Origin: the human T2T-CHM13v2.0 reference genome, Homo sapiens
Assembly: GCF_009914755.1 (NCBI RefSeq)
Contig: NC_060925.1
DNA: 64,000 nt
Reading direction: 5' to 3' (one strand)
In this document: one piece after another, positions 50,389 through 64,000 of the stretch
How positions within the stretch are numbered: position 1 is the first letter of the stretch
How the letters are laid out: each line of letters opens with the position of its first letter
Notes under the pieces: model-generated
What the model was told of the DNA's origin: nothing
Databases searched by the model: none
The model's input: the letters and a program-made list of their open reading frames with translations, nothing else
Translations under genes and position numbers: made by a program

Positions 50389-51194
50389 TGTGAGGATCTG
50401 TGATAATAAGAATTAGATATTTGGTCTTTGTCCCTGTTTCCTGATGGAGGCTTCTAAACCCCTTGGAATTCCCTGACTGATAGGGGCAAGAGGAAATCTT
50501 TTGTTATTCCTAACGAGCCCCTTTCATCCATGCCTGTGTTTATGCTAATGAGGTGACTCCTGGAGGATGAGGGCTGGTTGCCAGGGGAATCAACTTTGCC
50601 TTGCAACTTTCAGCTCCAGTCCGTGACTTCCAGGGAAAGAACAGGGGCTGGAGATTGAGTTTAATCGCCAATGACCAGTGATTTAATCATTCATGCTTAA
50701 ATAATGGAACCATAAGAAACCTAAAGAAAAGGTTTGGAGAGCTGCTGGGTTCAGGAGCACATTCGTGTGCTGGGAGGGTGTTGTGCCTGGTGAAGGTGTG
50801 GAAGCGCTGACTCTGCCTCGCATACCTTGTCCTGTCTGTGTCTTTCATCTGGCTGTTGCTGAGTTGTGCTGTTTATAATAATAAACTGGTAACAGGAAGT
50901 AAAGCACTTTCCTGAGTTTTGTGAGCCCATTCTCTTGATTTACCAAACCTGAGATAGAGGGATTGTGTGTGGGAACCCTTGAATTTATAGCTGGTCAGTC
51001 AAAAGTGCTGGTTAACAAACCTGGAACTTCCATGAAGTGGGGGCAGTTTTGTGGGACCAAGCCCATAACCTGTGGGATTTCACTCTAGCTCCAGGTAGAC
51101 ATGTCAGAATTGAATTGTAGGATACCTAGTTGGTGCCTGCTGTGTAGAAGAAAAAAACCCACAGGTTTGGTGTCAGATGTGTTGTGAGTAAAAC
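50389..51194 (+). mobile_element. MER21-like LTR
   Basis: tatttggtctttgtccc...cttggaatttccctg...tatgctaatgaggtgact...gcactttcctgagttttgtgag. Confidence 0.75.
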
Positions 51195-51746
51195 TGTTAC
51201 AGGAAAGCGGTCTCTGTCCAGACCCCAAGTGAGGGTTATTGGATCTCGCGCAAGAAATAATTCAGGGTGAGTCCATAGAGTAAAGTGAAAGCAAGTTTTT
51301 TAGGAAAGTAAAGGAACAAAAGAATGGCTACTCCATAGACAGAGCAGCCCTGAGGGCTGTGGGTTGCCCATTTTTACGGTTATTTCTTGATTATATGCTA
51401 AACAAGGGGTGGATTATTCATGCCTCCCCTTTTTAGACCATATAGGGTAACTTCCTGACATTGCCATGGCATTTGTAAACTGTCATGGTGCCGGCGGGAG
51501 TGTAGCAGTGAGGACGACCAGAGGTCACTCTCATAGCCATCTTGGGTTTAGTGGGATTTGGCCGGCTCCTTTACTGCAAACTGTTTTATCAGCAAGGTCT
51601 TTATGACCTGTATCTTGTGCCGACCTCCTATCTCATCCTGTGACTTAGAATGCCTTAACCATCTAGGAATGCAGCCAAGTAGGCCTCAGCCTCATTTTAC
51701 CCAGCCCATTCGAGATGGAGTAGTTCTGGTTCGCATGCCTCTGACA
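51195..51746 (-). mobile_element. MER41A-type solo LTR
   Basis: Homologous to 45470-46016; TSD aaac/aagc. Confidence 0.85.
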
Positions 51747-52467
51747 AAGCCAGTTCAGAGAATTAAGTAGGGTGATGTTTACAAAGTGCCTTGCATACCT
51801 CTTGGACATAATTTTTCATAAGGATTGAATTAACATTATCAAGAAAAATGAATCAAGTTCATTTTAACTAGTGCATATAAATCTGATAGGCATTGATTGT
51901 GCACCTATTTGCAAAGCATGGTGCTGATCCCTGGAAGAGACGGGACAAGGAGGCAACTGTATGTAGGGTGCCCTGTGAGTGTGCATATAAGAGGCGTGGA
52001 TTAGGACAGACACATATTGAGGGAAGAGCATGTGAGGACACAGCAAGAGGGTGGCCATCTACCAGTAAAGGGGAGAGGCCTCAGAAGAAACCAAACTTCC
52101 AGTAACGTGATTATTTTAACAGGGACAACAGATGGCTCTGGGTGGTTCCAGGCACCATGACTGACAGATTTGGAGGTGGAGGGGTGTTTCCAGGAGAACA
52201 GAGGAGGCTGTCTATCATCCTGAGGCTCTTGGACAGGAGCTGAGAAGTACAAAAGCACCCTCTGTCAGGGAAGGGATGTCGGCAGCTTGGCTCTTGTTAT
52301 GGCAGTGGTAAGGGAGCTGATGGGAGAACACCTTCGCATAAAGCAAACAGAACACTTGCAATGTGAATGGAGAACCTTACTGATATGAATAATTTCAACA
52401 TTTGGAGGTATAACATAGACACCCGAAACCTGGAGAGTAAAGAGCACGCTAGCATCACGTGCGGCCA

Positions 52468-52600
52468 ACCTGGCCACGAGCTGCTCTCCCCGCCCTCCCC
52501 GCACACGTGTCCCTTCAGGGAGGGAGAGGAAGGTCATGACCTGGCTGCGCTGCTCGCCCCACACACGTGTCCCTTCACGGAGGGAGGAGGAAGGTCGTGC
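52468..52600. repeat. ~60-70 bp imperfect tandem duplication
   Basis: acctggc...gctgctc...cacacgtgtcccttca.ggagggag..gaaggtc x2. Confidence 0.8.
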
Positions 52601-52837
52601 GATGCAGGTGTTGCTCCTTGCGTCATTCCCTGAGCTCCCTTTGTGTGTCAAGCAATCTGGGCACTGGGTACGCAGAGATGAATATACTGGGGCCCATGGA
52701 CCCGAGGCCATGGACTAGTTGGGGGCCAGACATAAACAAATACAATGTGGGACATAACCCCATCCAAGAGCGCACAAAAACACAATGGCCGCCGAGGAGC
52801 AAGCCCTTCTTGTCCTGCCTCCAAAAGCCAACTCTGG

Positions 52838-53152
52838 TTTCTTTTTTTTCTTTTTTCTTTTCTTTTTTTTTTTTTTTTGAGACAGCGTCTCACCCTGTCC
52901 CTCAGACTGGAGTGCAGTGGCACGATCTTGGCTCACTGCAACCTCCCGGGTTCAAACACTTGTCCCGCCTCAGCCCCTGAGTAGCTGGGATTACAGGCAC
53001 GCGCCACCACACCCAGCTAATTTTTGTATTTTTAGTAGAGACAGGGTTTTCTCATTTTGGCCAGGCTGGTTTCGAACTCCTGACCTCAGGTGATCCGCCT
53101 GCCTTGGCCTCCATAGTGCTGGGGTTACAGGCGTGAGCCACCGCACCCCGCC
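52838..53152 (-). mobile_element. AluS
   Basis: TSD ccaactctRgtttct. Confidence 0.92.
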
Positions 53153-53333
53153 ACCAACTCTAGTTTCTAAAATATTTTAATATCTGCAGGGATTAATTTT
53201 TCATCTTTACGCTTCCTTTTCAGAGTTTTCTGGCTTTTCTCACATTATTCTGTGTAGTTCTCCCTTTTCTCCCCCAACTATGTTAACTATTTAGATTAAC
53301 TGGGGGAGAAATATCAGATTTCTGGGACTGAGC

Positions 53334-53755
53334 TGATATGGTTTGGATCTGTGTCCCTACCAAATCTCCTGTTGAATTGTAATCCCCGATATTGGAGATG
53401 GGGCCTGGTGAGAGATGACTGGATCATGGGGGAGGAGTTCTGATAAATGGTTTGGCACCATCCCCTTGGTACTGTCTTCGAGATCCTGAGTTTTCATGAG
53501 GTCTGGTCATTTAAACGTGTGTGGCACCTCCCCCTCACACTTTCTTGCTCCTGCTTTGGCCATATGGTGTGTGTGCTCCCCCTTTGACTTCTGTCATGAT
53601 TGTAAATTTCCTGAGGCTTCCCCAGAAGCTAAGCAGATGCCAGCAGTATGCCTCCTGTACAGCCTGCAGGACCGTGAGCCAATTATACGTCTTTTCTTTA
53701 TCAATTAGCCAGTCTCAGGTATTTCTTTAGAGCAAGGCAAGAACAGTCTAATACA
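53334..53755 (+). mobile_element. MST (MSTA-like) MaLR solo LTR
   Basis: tgatatggtttggatctgtgtccc...ctaataca; TSD tgagc/tgaga. Confidence 0.88.
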
Positions 53756-54121
53756 TGAGACTTCTTAGCCTAGGGCATGGTTTATCTCAGCCTTTGTTCA
53801 AGCTTTCTTTGGTGACTCTCAGTACTTAAAACATTTCTTCATATAGATCTTGCACATTTCTTGTTAAGTAAATGTCTAGGTGGCATTTCATATTTTTGAT
53901 CGATTTCATAAAAGTAGTTTTCCTCCTTTTAACCTTTAACTTTTTTTAATTTTAAAATTTTATTTTTATTTTTTGACAAATTTTAATTATATAACCATAT
54001 ATAATTATGGGGTACACAGTGATGTTACTATATGTATACAGTGTGTAATTATTGAATCAAACTAATTACTATATTCATCACCTTAAATACTTATCATTTA
54101 TCCTTCTTGTCTAACTGCAAC

Positions 54122-54749
<628 letters not shown>

Positions 54750-57700
54750 CTGGAGAGAAGATTTAACACTTGTAAAATTTTCATTTGCCAGTTTCTTAAT
54801 TGGATTACTGGCTTCAGGGTGGAGCCCTTGGAGGAACAGGGCCAGGAAAGCATGCATATCTAGGGCCAAGTAAGCAGCAAATAAGCAGCTGAAGGCAAAG
54901 ACAGATCCCCAGAATTAAGGGTGCCATTTTATACTGGGTTCTCCATCCCCAAAAGGAGGGAACTACTACAGGAGAAGACAGTGCAGTGCTGCTACCCTGC
55001 GTTTCATTGCAAGGCAAACCAAAGCCAATCAGCCCATTTTGTAATTGGACCATTCCCCATAAGAGTCTTATCTCTCAGTGGGGCTGGGGGTGTTTCCACA
55101 TCCTCCAGGTGGCCAAGAGCATGCTTCTCTAATCCAAGTATGCGAACGATCAGGTATTCTTCCATAACTGCTATTAGCCACGCACTAAAGTATATCTCCT
55201 ACCTAGTTATTAGACACCAAGTGTTTTCAAATAAAGGGAAGTAATTTCTGATATGCCTGAAACTCAAAACCATTAGATAACGCAATGCAAAACAGAACAG
55301 AGCCTTTGATTTTGAGAGGGATTTATCTGCTTTTAATTGCTAGGGTTCTATGTGGAAAACAGAGCTTTTTTTTTTTTCTTCCAAAATGGGGTTAGTGGTG
55401 CTTCCTGTTTTTCCCAAGAAGTCCCAGGCTACCAGAAGTCATCTCAGGGCCTCTCATGTGTGCATTAAGATTGGCAAGACAAAAAAAATGGAGGAAAATA
55501 ATTCAGTCAGCTGAGAAGAAAAAAAAACTTTTTCCAGGAAAAACAAGATCCAAGGAGAGAAAGACATAAAGGGCTTTTAAATATATTTATAGCACCGGGC
55601 ATGGGGCTCACACCTGTAATCCCAGCACTTTGGGAGGCCGAGGTGGGCAAATCAGGAGGCCAGGAGTTCAAGACTAGCCTCGTCAACATGTTGAAATCCT
55701 GTCTCTACTAAAAATACAAAAATTAGCCAGGAGTGGTGGCGCACGCCTGTAATCGCAGCTACTCAGGAGGCTGAGGCAGGAGAATCTGCTTGAGCCTGGG
55801 AGGCGGAGGTTGCAGTAAGCTTAAATCTTGCCATTGCACTCCAGCCTGGGTGACAGAGTGAGACTCCATCTCAACAATAAAATAAATAAATAAATAAACT
55901 TCTAGCTTGTTTATCCACTTTTAATTAAGCTGACTTTTAACTATGGTGCTTTTTTAAAAAAAATTCTTTTAAATTTTTTATTACCCAACTTTAGCCATGC
56001 CAAGTGGCCAATATTTTTGGCTTTTGAATTCCATAGGTAACTTTCCACATGAAATTAATAAGTTTTAATTAAGGATATAACTTAACCATGGAAACGTGAG
56101 TGTCTCAAAGAGATGGTAAGCAGTTTCTTTTTTTCTTTTTTTTTTTTTTTTACAAGATTTAGAATTTCCCCTAGGGTATTTTAGAGAAATAAAACTTCAA
56201 GACAGGAAATCAGAAGCTATCCATGGTGGGGGGAAACCTCAACAAATGGCAAAGTTACATAAGTAAAAAAACCAGAAGGGAATCATTCCAGAAGCCAAGA
56301 ATAGAACCCAGGCTCAGGCCGGCACGGTGGCTCACGCCTGTAAGCCCAGCACTTTGGGAGGCCGAGGTGGGTGAATCACCTGAGGTTGGGAGTTCAACAC
56401 CAGCCTGACCAACATGGAGAAACCCCGTCTCTACTAAAAATATAAAAAAATTAGCCAGGCGTGGTGGCGCATGCCTGTAATCTCAGCTACTCAGGAGGCT
56501 GAGGCAGGAGAATTGCTTGAACCCAGGAGGCGGAGGTTGAGGTGAGATGACATGGTGCCATTGCAATCCAGCCTGGGCAACAAGAGTGAAACTCCGTCTC
56601 AAAAAAAAAAAAAGAAAAAAAAAATTAGAACCCAGGCTGCCATTGTCAAAAGACAAAGCCCTGGCCACTGAGTTACAGCATTGAGCAGTTTCTATTGCTC
56701 TTCCCAGAAGGAGCGTAGAGAAGCCAGTTTAAAAGTTGCAAAAGTTTTTAGCTGCTCAAGAAAATGTTTAGGGCTGACTATGACATGAATCCCCAAGTTC
56801 CTGTCTTCTAGATGGCAGAAACCAGGAGAAAGTATCCCCACATGGTCACAAGGTTAAGCTCTTAAGGACACAAAACAAGACAGAGAAATTTCATCTGCTA
56901 TTGGTTTCAGGGACCCATAGCAGTTTGCAGCTGAACAGCCTGCCAGGCTGGCTTGAAAAGTGGGCTTGAAAGTGGGTCCTGAACCCACGTTCTATCCTGT
57001 GATACTCCTTTCTCCATTACAGAACACAGAAAGACAAATTCTTAGCACAAAGTACACCAGATTTGCTACCACCTAAGACTAGTTTCACAAATCCTTTTTC
57101 TATTAATCAAACGCTTGCAGAGAGACAAATAGTGACGTTTACTGTTTACCCAGACAGCGAAAGAGAGAGAGAGAGACCAGAAACTTGGCTGGTAAGAATT
57201 TCTTACCCTTTTTGCCAGCATACTAGGCTTCCTGGCTCCCCTTCTCTGCAGCTTCCAGAACAGAGTGGTTTCTAATGACCCTGCTCACTGCACCATGGCT
57301 GTGGGAATCAAGCCACTTTACAAGAGAAAATCACCCTTTCCTGAGCTTTACGGAACCACAGACAAGATTCTTAATTGGCAAGATGCTGCCCAACAGGCTG
57401 CATGGGGAACCAAATTAACATTTTCCATCCCAGCAAAACACACATAACAAAACACACATTAGCCACCTCGTTCAGCACCCAATATCAGCCTGGCAAAGCT
57501 CAAAAACTTTTTCCCGTTGGTCCCTGTTGTCTTTGATCCACTCCAGGTGGGGAGGGATGACCTTAGAATAGTAATTCACAATGGGGTCTCTCGGCAAGAC
57601 GAAGAGCAGATAGTCACCCCGAGACAGGCCTGTTGAGCCTTCTCTAGGGCTCATCAAATGTGACCAGACAAATAAGGAGGGTTCTCAGTTAGGCCTGCTG

Positions 57701-59059
57701 GACTTCCATCAGTAAACTCTTCTGAGATCCCTTCCACATATACAAACACACACAAAGATGAGAGGACACAGGCCTTCCCAATTAGATCCCTAACCAAGAC
57801 CTCCAGGAGTATCCCTTCCAAACTATCTTTCTATTCTCCCTCTGAGAAACCTCCTCAAAATCTTCCTAATTGAGAAGAAGTCTCCCAAACCAGAAGTCTT
57901 CCTACTAGTTAGAAGGAGCCAACCAAGACTCCCCAGGAGCTGAACAGACACCCTCCAATGGGGCTACAGACACAGACATCCCATGATGGAGCTACAAATA
58001 GACATCCCACCACAGGGCTACAGAACCAGTCAGGAGAAGGAAGGAGGCATTGGCAGTGCATAGGATACTAACCAATCTGGATTAGACAACCTGCAATGGG
58101 GTTACAGACAGACACCCCACCATGGGGCTACAGACAGACACCCCATGATAGGGCTACAGTTAAGGGATGTCTCCCCATGACTATTTCTCCACTGCAATTA
58201 AATCCATGCACATTGGGTCAGCAGTGCCCCACCAGTAGTGAGAGTATCAGGGTCAGCCTCCAGTCCAAGAGAACTAGGCAGCTGCTTGGGCAGGCTTCTG
58301 GATCCATTGCTAGAGGGCTGCCACTGAACCATGGGCAGGTAGTCACAAGGGCAATCCCGGACGAGCTACCAAATTTGTAACTGTCCAGGGGGTTCACCTT
58401 GCCCACCACTTAGATAGAGCAGATTTATTAAAACAGGGGAATTGCAGTAGAGAAAGAGTAATTCACGCAGAGCCAGCTGTGTGGGAGACCAGAGTTTTAT
58501 TATTACTCAGATGAGTCTCCCTGAGCATTCAGGGAGCAGAGTTTTTAAGGATAACTTGGTCGGTGGGGGGAAGCCAGTGAGCCAGGAGTGCTGATTGGTC
58601 AGAGATAAAATCTTAGGGAGTCAGAGTTGTTTTCTTGAATTCAGTCAGTTCCTGAGTGGGGGCCACAAGATCAGATGAGCCAGGTTTTTTATCTGGGTGT
58701 TGCCATCAAGTGCAGGGTCTACAAAATATCTCAAGCATTGATTTTAGAAGCAGTTTAGGGAGTGTCAAGATTCTGTAGCCTCCAGCTGCATGACTCCTAA
58801 ACCATAATTTCTGATATTCTGGCTAATGTTAGTCCTACAATGTCAATCTATTCCCCAGGCAAGAAGGAAAAGGGCTGTTTGGAAAAGGGCTGTTACCATC
58901 TTTGTTTAAACTATAAACTATACACTAAGTTTTCCCCAAAGTTAGTTCAGCCTACCTCCAGGAATGAACAAGGACCCCTTGGAGATTAGAAGCAAGATAA
59001 AGTCAGTTAAGTTAAATCTCGTTCACTGTCTCAGTCATAATTTTGCAAATGTGATTTCA
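54750..59059 (-). mobile_element. 3'-truncated LTR8 provirus (HUERS-P1/MER4-group): 5' LTR 58376-59059 plus non-coding internal region with Alus at 55592-55897 and 56317-56623
   Basis: LTR homologous to the other LTR8 copies; tRNA-Pro-like PBS atcccggacgagctacca at 58354-58371 (16/18); leader repeats gggctacagacagacaccc at ~57940-58160. Confidence 0.8.
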
Positions 59060-59439
59060 TGTGTCCACGTGGGGCTTTGACTGGAAATCACTGTTGTTAT
59101 TTTTTTTTTGCTGCCCATGACAACATTTGAATGAGTCTTTTATAATTCTAGTTCAATTTCTCTGAAGAGAAAAGTAACCATTGTTTTGAAGTGACTCATG
59201 CACTTCTCTTTTTAGTCTGACAGCCCTGACAGAATATGTTAGCTATTCTCCAGATTTTATTTTAAAGTCCTAAAAAAATTTGATTTTTGCGGGGTTAACT
59301 TTTACATATTGTTTTTCAAAATTAATATAATTTTTAATTGACAAATTGTAATTGTATACGTGTATGGGATACATGATTTCAATACAGGTAAGAGACAGCG
59401 TAATGTAGAATACTGCCGTAAGATAGGAAGGCAGCAGAT

Positions 59440-59983
<544 letters not shown>

Positions 59984-60028
59984 TTAGGAGACAAGGACTC
60001 CAGACATGCTCTTGCTTATTCTATACCT

Positions 60029-60757
60029 ATAGTTCTCACTGTGTGGTCGGGGGATCCCCATGGAACTCCTGAGATCTTTCAGGGGATCTGCAAGGTCAAA
60101 ACTATTTTCATAATCATACTATGACACTGTTTTCACTCTCACAAGTGTAGACTAGAATTTACTTTTCCCCTTCTTCCCTTCTTCTCTTTCTTTTTTTTGA
60201 CAGGGTCTCACTTCACTCCCCAGACTGAAGTTCCATGGCATGATCATGGCTCTCTGCAGCCTCAACTTCCCAGCCTCAAGCAACCCTCCCATCTCAGCCT
60301 CCTGAGTTGCTGGAACCACAGGTGTGCATCACCACGCCCAACTAATTTTTAAGTTTTTGTAGAAACAGGGTCTCTTTATGTTGCTGAGGCTGGTTTCAAA
60401 CTCCTGAGCTCAAGCGATCTTCCCACCGCAGCCCTCCAAAGTGCTGGGACTACAGGCATGAGCCACTGTGCCCGGCTTAGACTGGAATTTTCAACAGGCT
60501 AATGCTCTGTGATATTGCAGTAGACTAAAGATGCAGAAGTATTAGAGACTCCAGCTGCTTTCTGCTGAGTCAGACATGAGTAAGATGTGCAAACTGTAAG
60601 TCAGTGCTACTCTTCTCAGACTTTTTAACAATTTTTCTGTTTTGGCTTCTGATACAGTAAATATCAACAGATATAATCCCCACATGAAAGCCCCCTGGAG
60701 TCCTCATTTTCAAAAGTGTAATGGGGCCTTGAACCAAATCATTTGAGAACCCCTGCC
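60029..60757. mobile_element. hAT-Charlie DNA transposon derivative with an AluJ (-) at 60180-60477
   Basis: Terminal inverted-repeat-like tagttctca... and ...tgagaacccctg; aggtcaaaactattttcataat; Alu TSD tagactRgaattt. Confidence 0.65.
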
Positions 60758-61097
60758 CTAGAAGTAAGAGTGTTTTAAACCCACAGCAAGCCGGCCTCTC
60801 TGGGTCTCAGTGTATCCTTTACCTAAAGGAAGGATATGAGATAAGATGATTTCTAGTATCTCCAGATCTGGACAGGTGAAGATGGCCTAACTTGGCTGGT
60901 GGGTTTATAAGCGAGTCTGACTTGTGAGGGTGAAGGGAGGGGAGGGCCCCCACACAGCTAATTGTTCCACAGCGTGGCGCTCTGGGTCTCAAAGGAGAGA
61001 GATTCCTGCTTCCCTGTTTTGCTGTTTGGTGCTTTTGTGTTCTGCTATAAGCAACAGAGAACTTGGCCAAATTAAAATGTTGCTGGGGAGTGAGTGG

Positions 61098-62571
<1,474 letters not shown>

Positions 62572-63049
62572 AGTTACTCTGTCCAAGTAAAGGGTTTTGC
62601 CAGGGCCCTTGACCTCAAGAGACAGAAGAACCTGAGAGCACACTGGGAGGCCATGTCACAACCCTGTGAAAGGGTGGGGAAGAACTCTCTGTCCATGTCC
62701 CTGGATTTCTAGATGTTCAGAGCTGGATGGGCCCATGAGGAGTCTTTGGTCCAACTTCCCAACAAAACAGTCTCGTTCTCGCAGCCTCCCAGGCAGGATT
62801 GCTGGGCCTTAATGTCCAGGGAAGCTGATGAGCAGGAGTGTGGGAGCGAAGCCTTCCCTTCTTCCCTTCCTGGTCACAATCAGGAAAGGGAGTTGCTCCT
62901 GCTGACCTATAGAATCTCGATTTCAAGATTGACTGATTCTACAACCAAACGAGAAAACGAGAATTCTTACGTAAGTTCAGAGTAACAACTGTATGCAAGA
63001 CTCACTCCCACCTGTGTCCTCCTCGACTCATTCTTCCCCACCTCCTGTG

Positions 63050-63730
63050 TTTCAGTGCGTAACAAACTGCCATGGACTGGGTGGCTTATAAACAACAGGA
63101 TTTTTTTTTGTTTGTTTTTTGAGACAGGGTCTCATTCTGACACCCAGGTTGGACTGTAATATGATTGATCATAGCTCACCACAACCTCAAACTCCTGGGC
63201 TCAAGTAGTCCTCCTGCTTCAGCCTCCCAAGGAGCTGGGACTCCAAGCACAAGCCACCATACCCAGCTAACTTTTAATTTTTTGTAGAGATGAGGTCTCT
63301 CTATTTTGCCAGACTGGTCTCAAACTTCTGGCCTCAAGTGATTCTCCTGCCTTGCCCTCCCAAAGATTTGGGATTACAGGAGTGAGGTACTACACCTGGC
63401 CCAACAGAAATCTATTTCTCACAGCTCTAAAGGCTGGGAACTCCAAGATCAAGACACCAGCAGGTCTGGTGTCTGGGCTGGTCTGGTGTCTGGTGAGGAC
63501 CCGTTTTCTGTGCTACTGATGGCCATATATGTTCCTTAGCTATAATCTCACATGGTGGAATGGACAAGGGATTGCTCTGTGGCCCCTTTTATAAGGGCAC
63601 TAATTCTCCCTTCAGGGGGCTCCACTCACATGACCTAATCACCTCTCCAAAGCCTCATCTCTTAATACCCTCATCTGGGGGGTTAAGATTTCAACATATG
63701 AATTTGGCAGAGACACGGACATTCCATTTA
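63050..63730 (-). mobile_element. MLT1A-like LTR with an AluJ at 63100-63402
   Basis: gactgggtggcttataaacaacag...aggctgggaactccaagatcaag...tataagggcactaat; Alu TSD aacagRa. Confidence 0.8.
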
Positions 63731-63956
63731 TACCAGCACCTCTTTATATTAGGTTTCATGCAAGCAAGCCCCGTCTTTCCCCAATATCCCACCCTTCACT
63801 TCTGTCCTGGAAACTTCGGGGACGCCAATCATGTACTCTTTTTTACAGCAATTAGCTTTCTCCATCCGCTGGTGCTGCTCCGCAGTCCTCCGCTCTCCCT
63901 CCTTCCTCTTCTTAACCTGGGGAGGGCAGAGGGATGATTGTCACTAACACCCAGGA

Positions 63957-63970
63957 CCAGCAGAGGGCAG
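63957..63970 (+). promoter_or_regulatory. CTCF-type motif
   Basis: CCAGCAGAGGGCAG fits the CTCF core consensus. Confidence 0.5.
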
Positions 63971-64000
63971 AAGAGAGTAGCAGGAACCTCCAGTGGAGCA

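Overview
Primate (most likely human) genomic DNA. Bases 1-5,700 hold the 5' end of the SCAN/KRAB zinc-finger gene ZNF496 on the minus strand: two coding exons, candidate 5' UTR exons and a CpG-island promoter that looks bidirectional. The remaining ~58 kb has no recognisable cellular coding exon and is dominated by nested transposable elements. These include about 40 Alus, MIR/L2/L1 fragments, MaLR elements (one complete THE1A), solo ERV1 LTRs (MER41, LTR8, LTR10, MER31, MER21, LTR27/28-like), a decayed two-LTR class I provirus (HERV-I/ADP group, tRNA-Pro PBS, 26635-33689) and several minisatellites. From recalled human gene order (not checkable here), the interval lies between ZNF496 and NLRP3 at 1q44. 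The most notable observations are: two retroviral insertions sharing one triplicated 4-bp target site inside a single Alu; a MER41B-type LTR with intact tandem STAT1 GAS motifs; a convergent pair of identical CTCF-type motifs around an orphan CpG-rich patch; and a 1-kb polypyrimidine VNTR grown out of an L1 3' UTR. I found no evidence for a new multi-gene system. Repeat subfamily names are from memory of consensus sequences and need RepeatMasker/Dfam confirmation.
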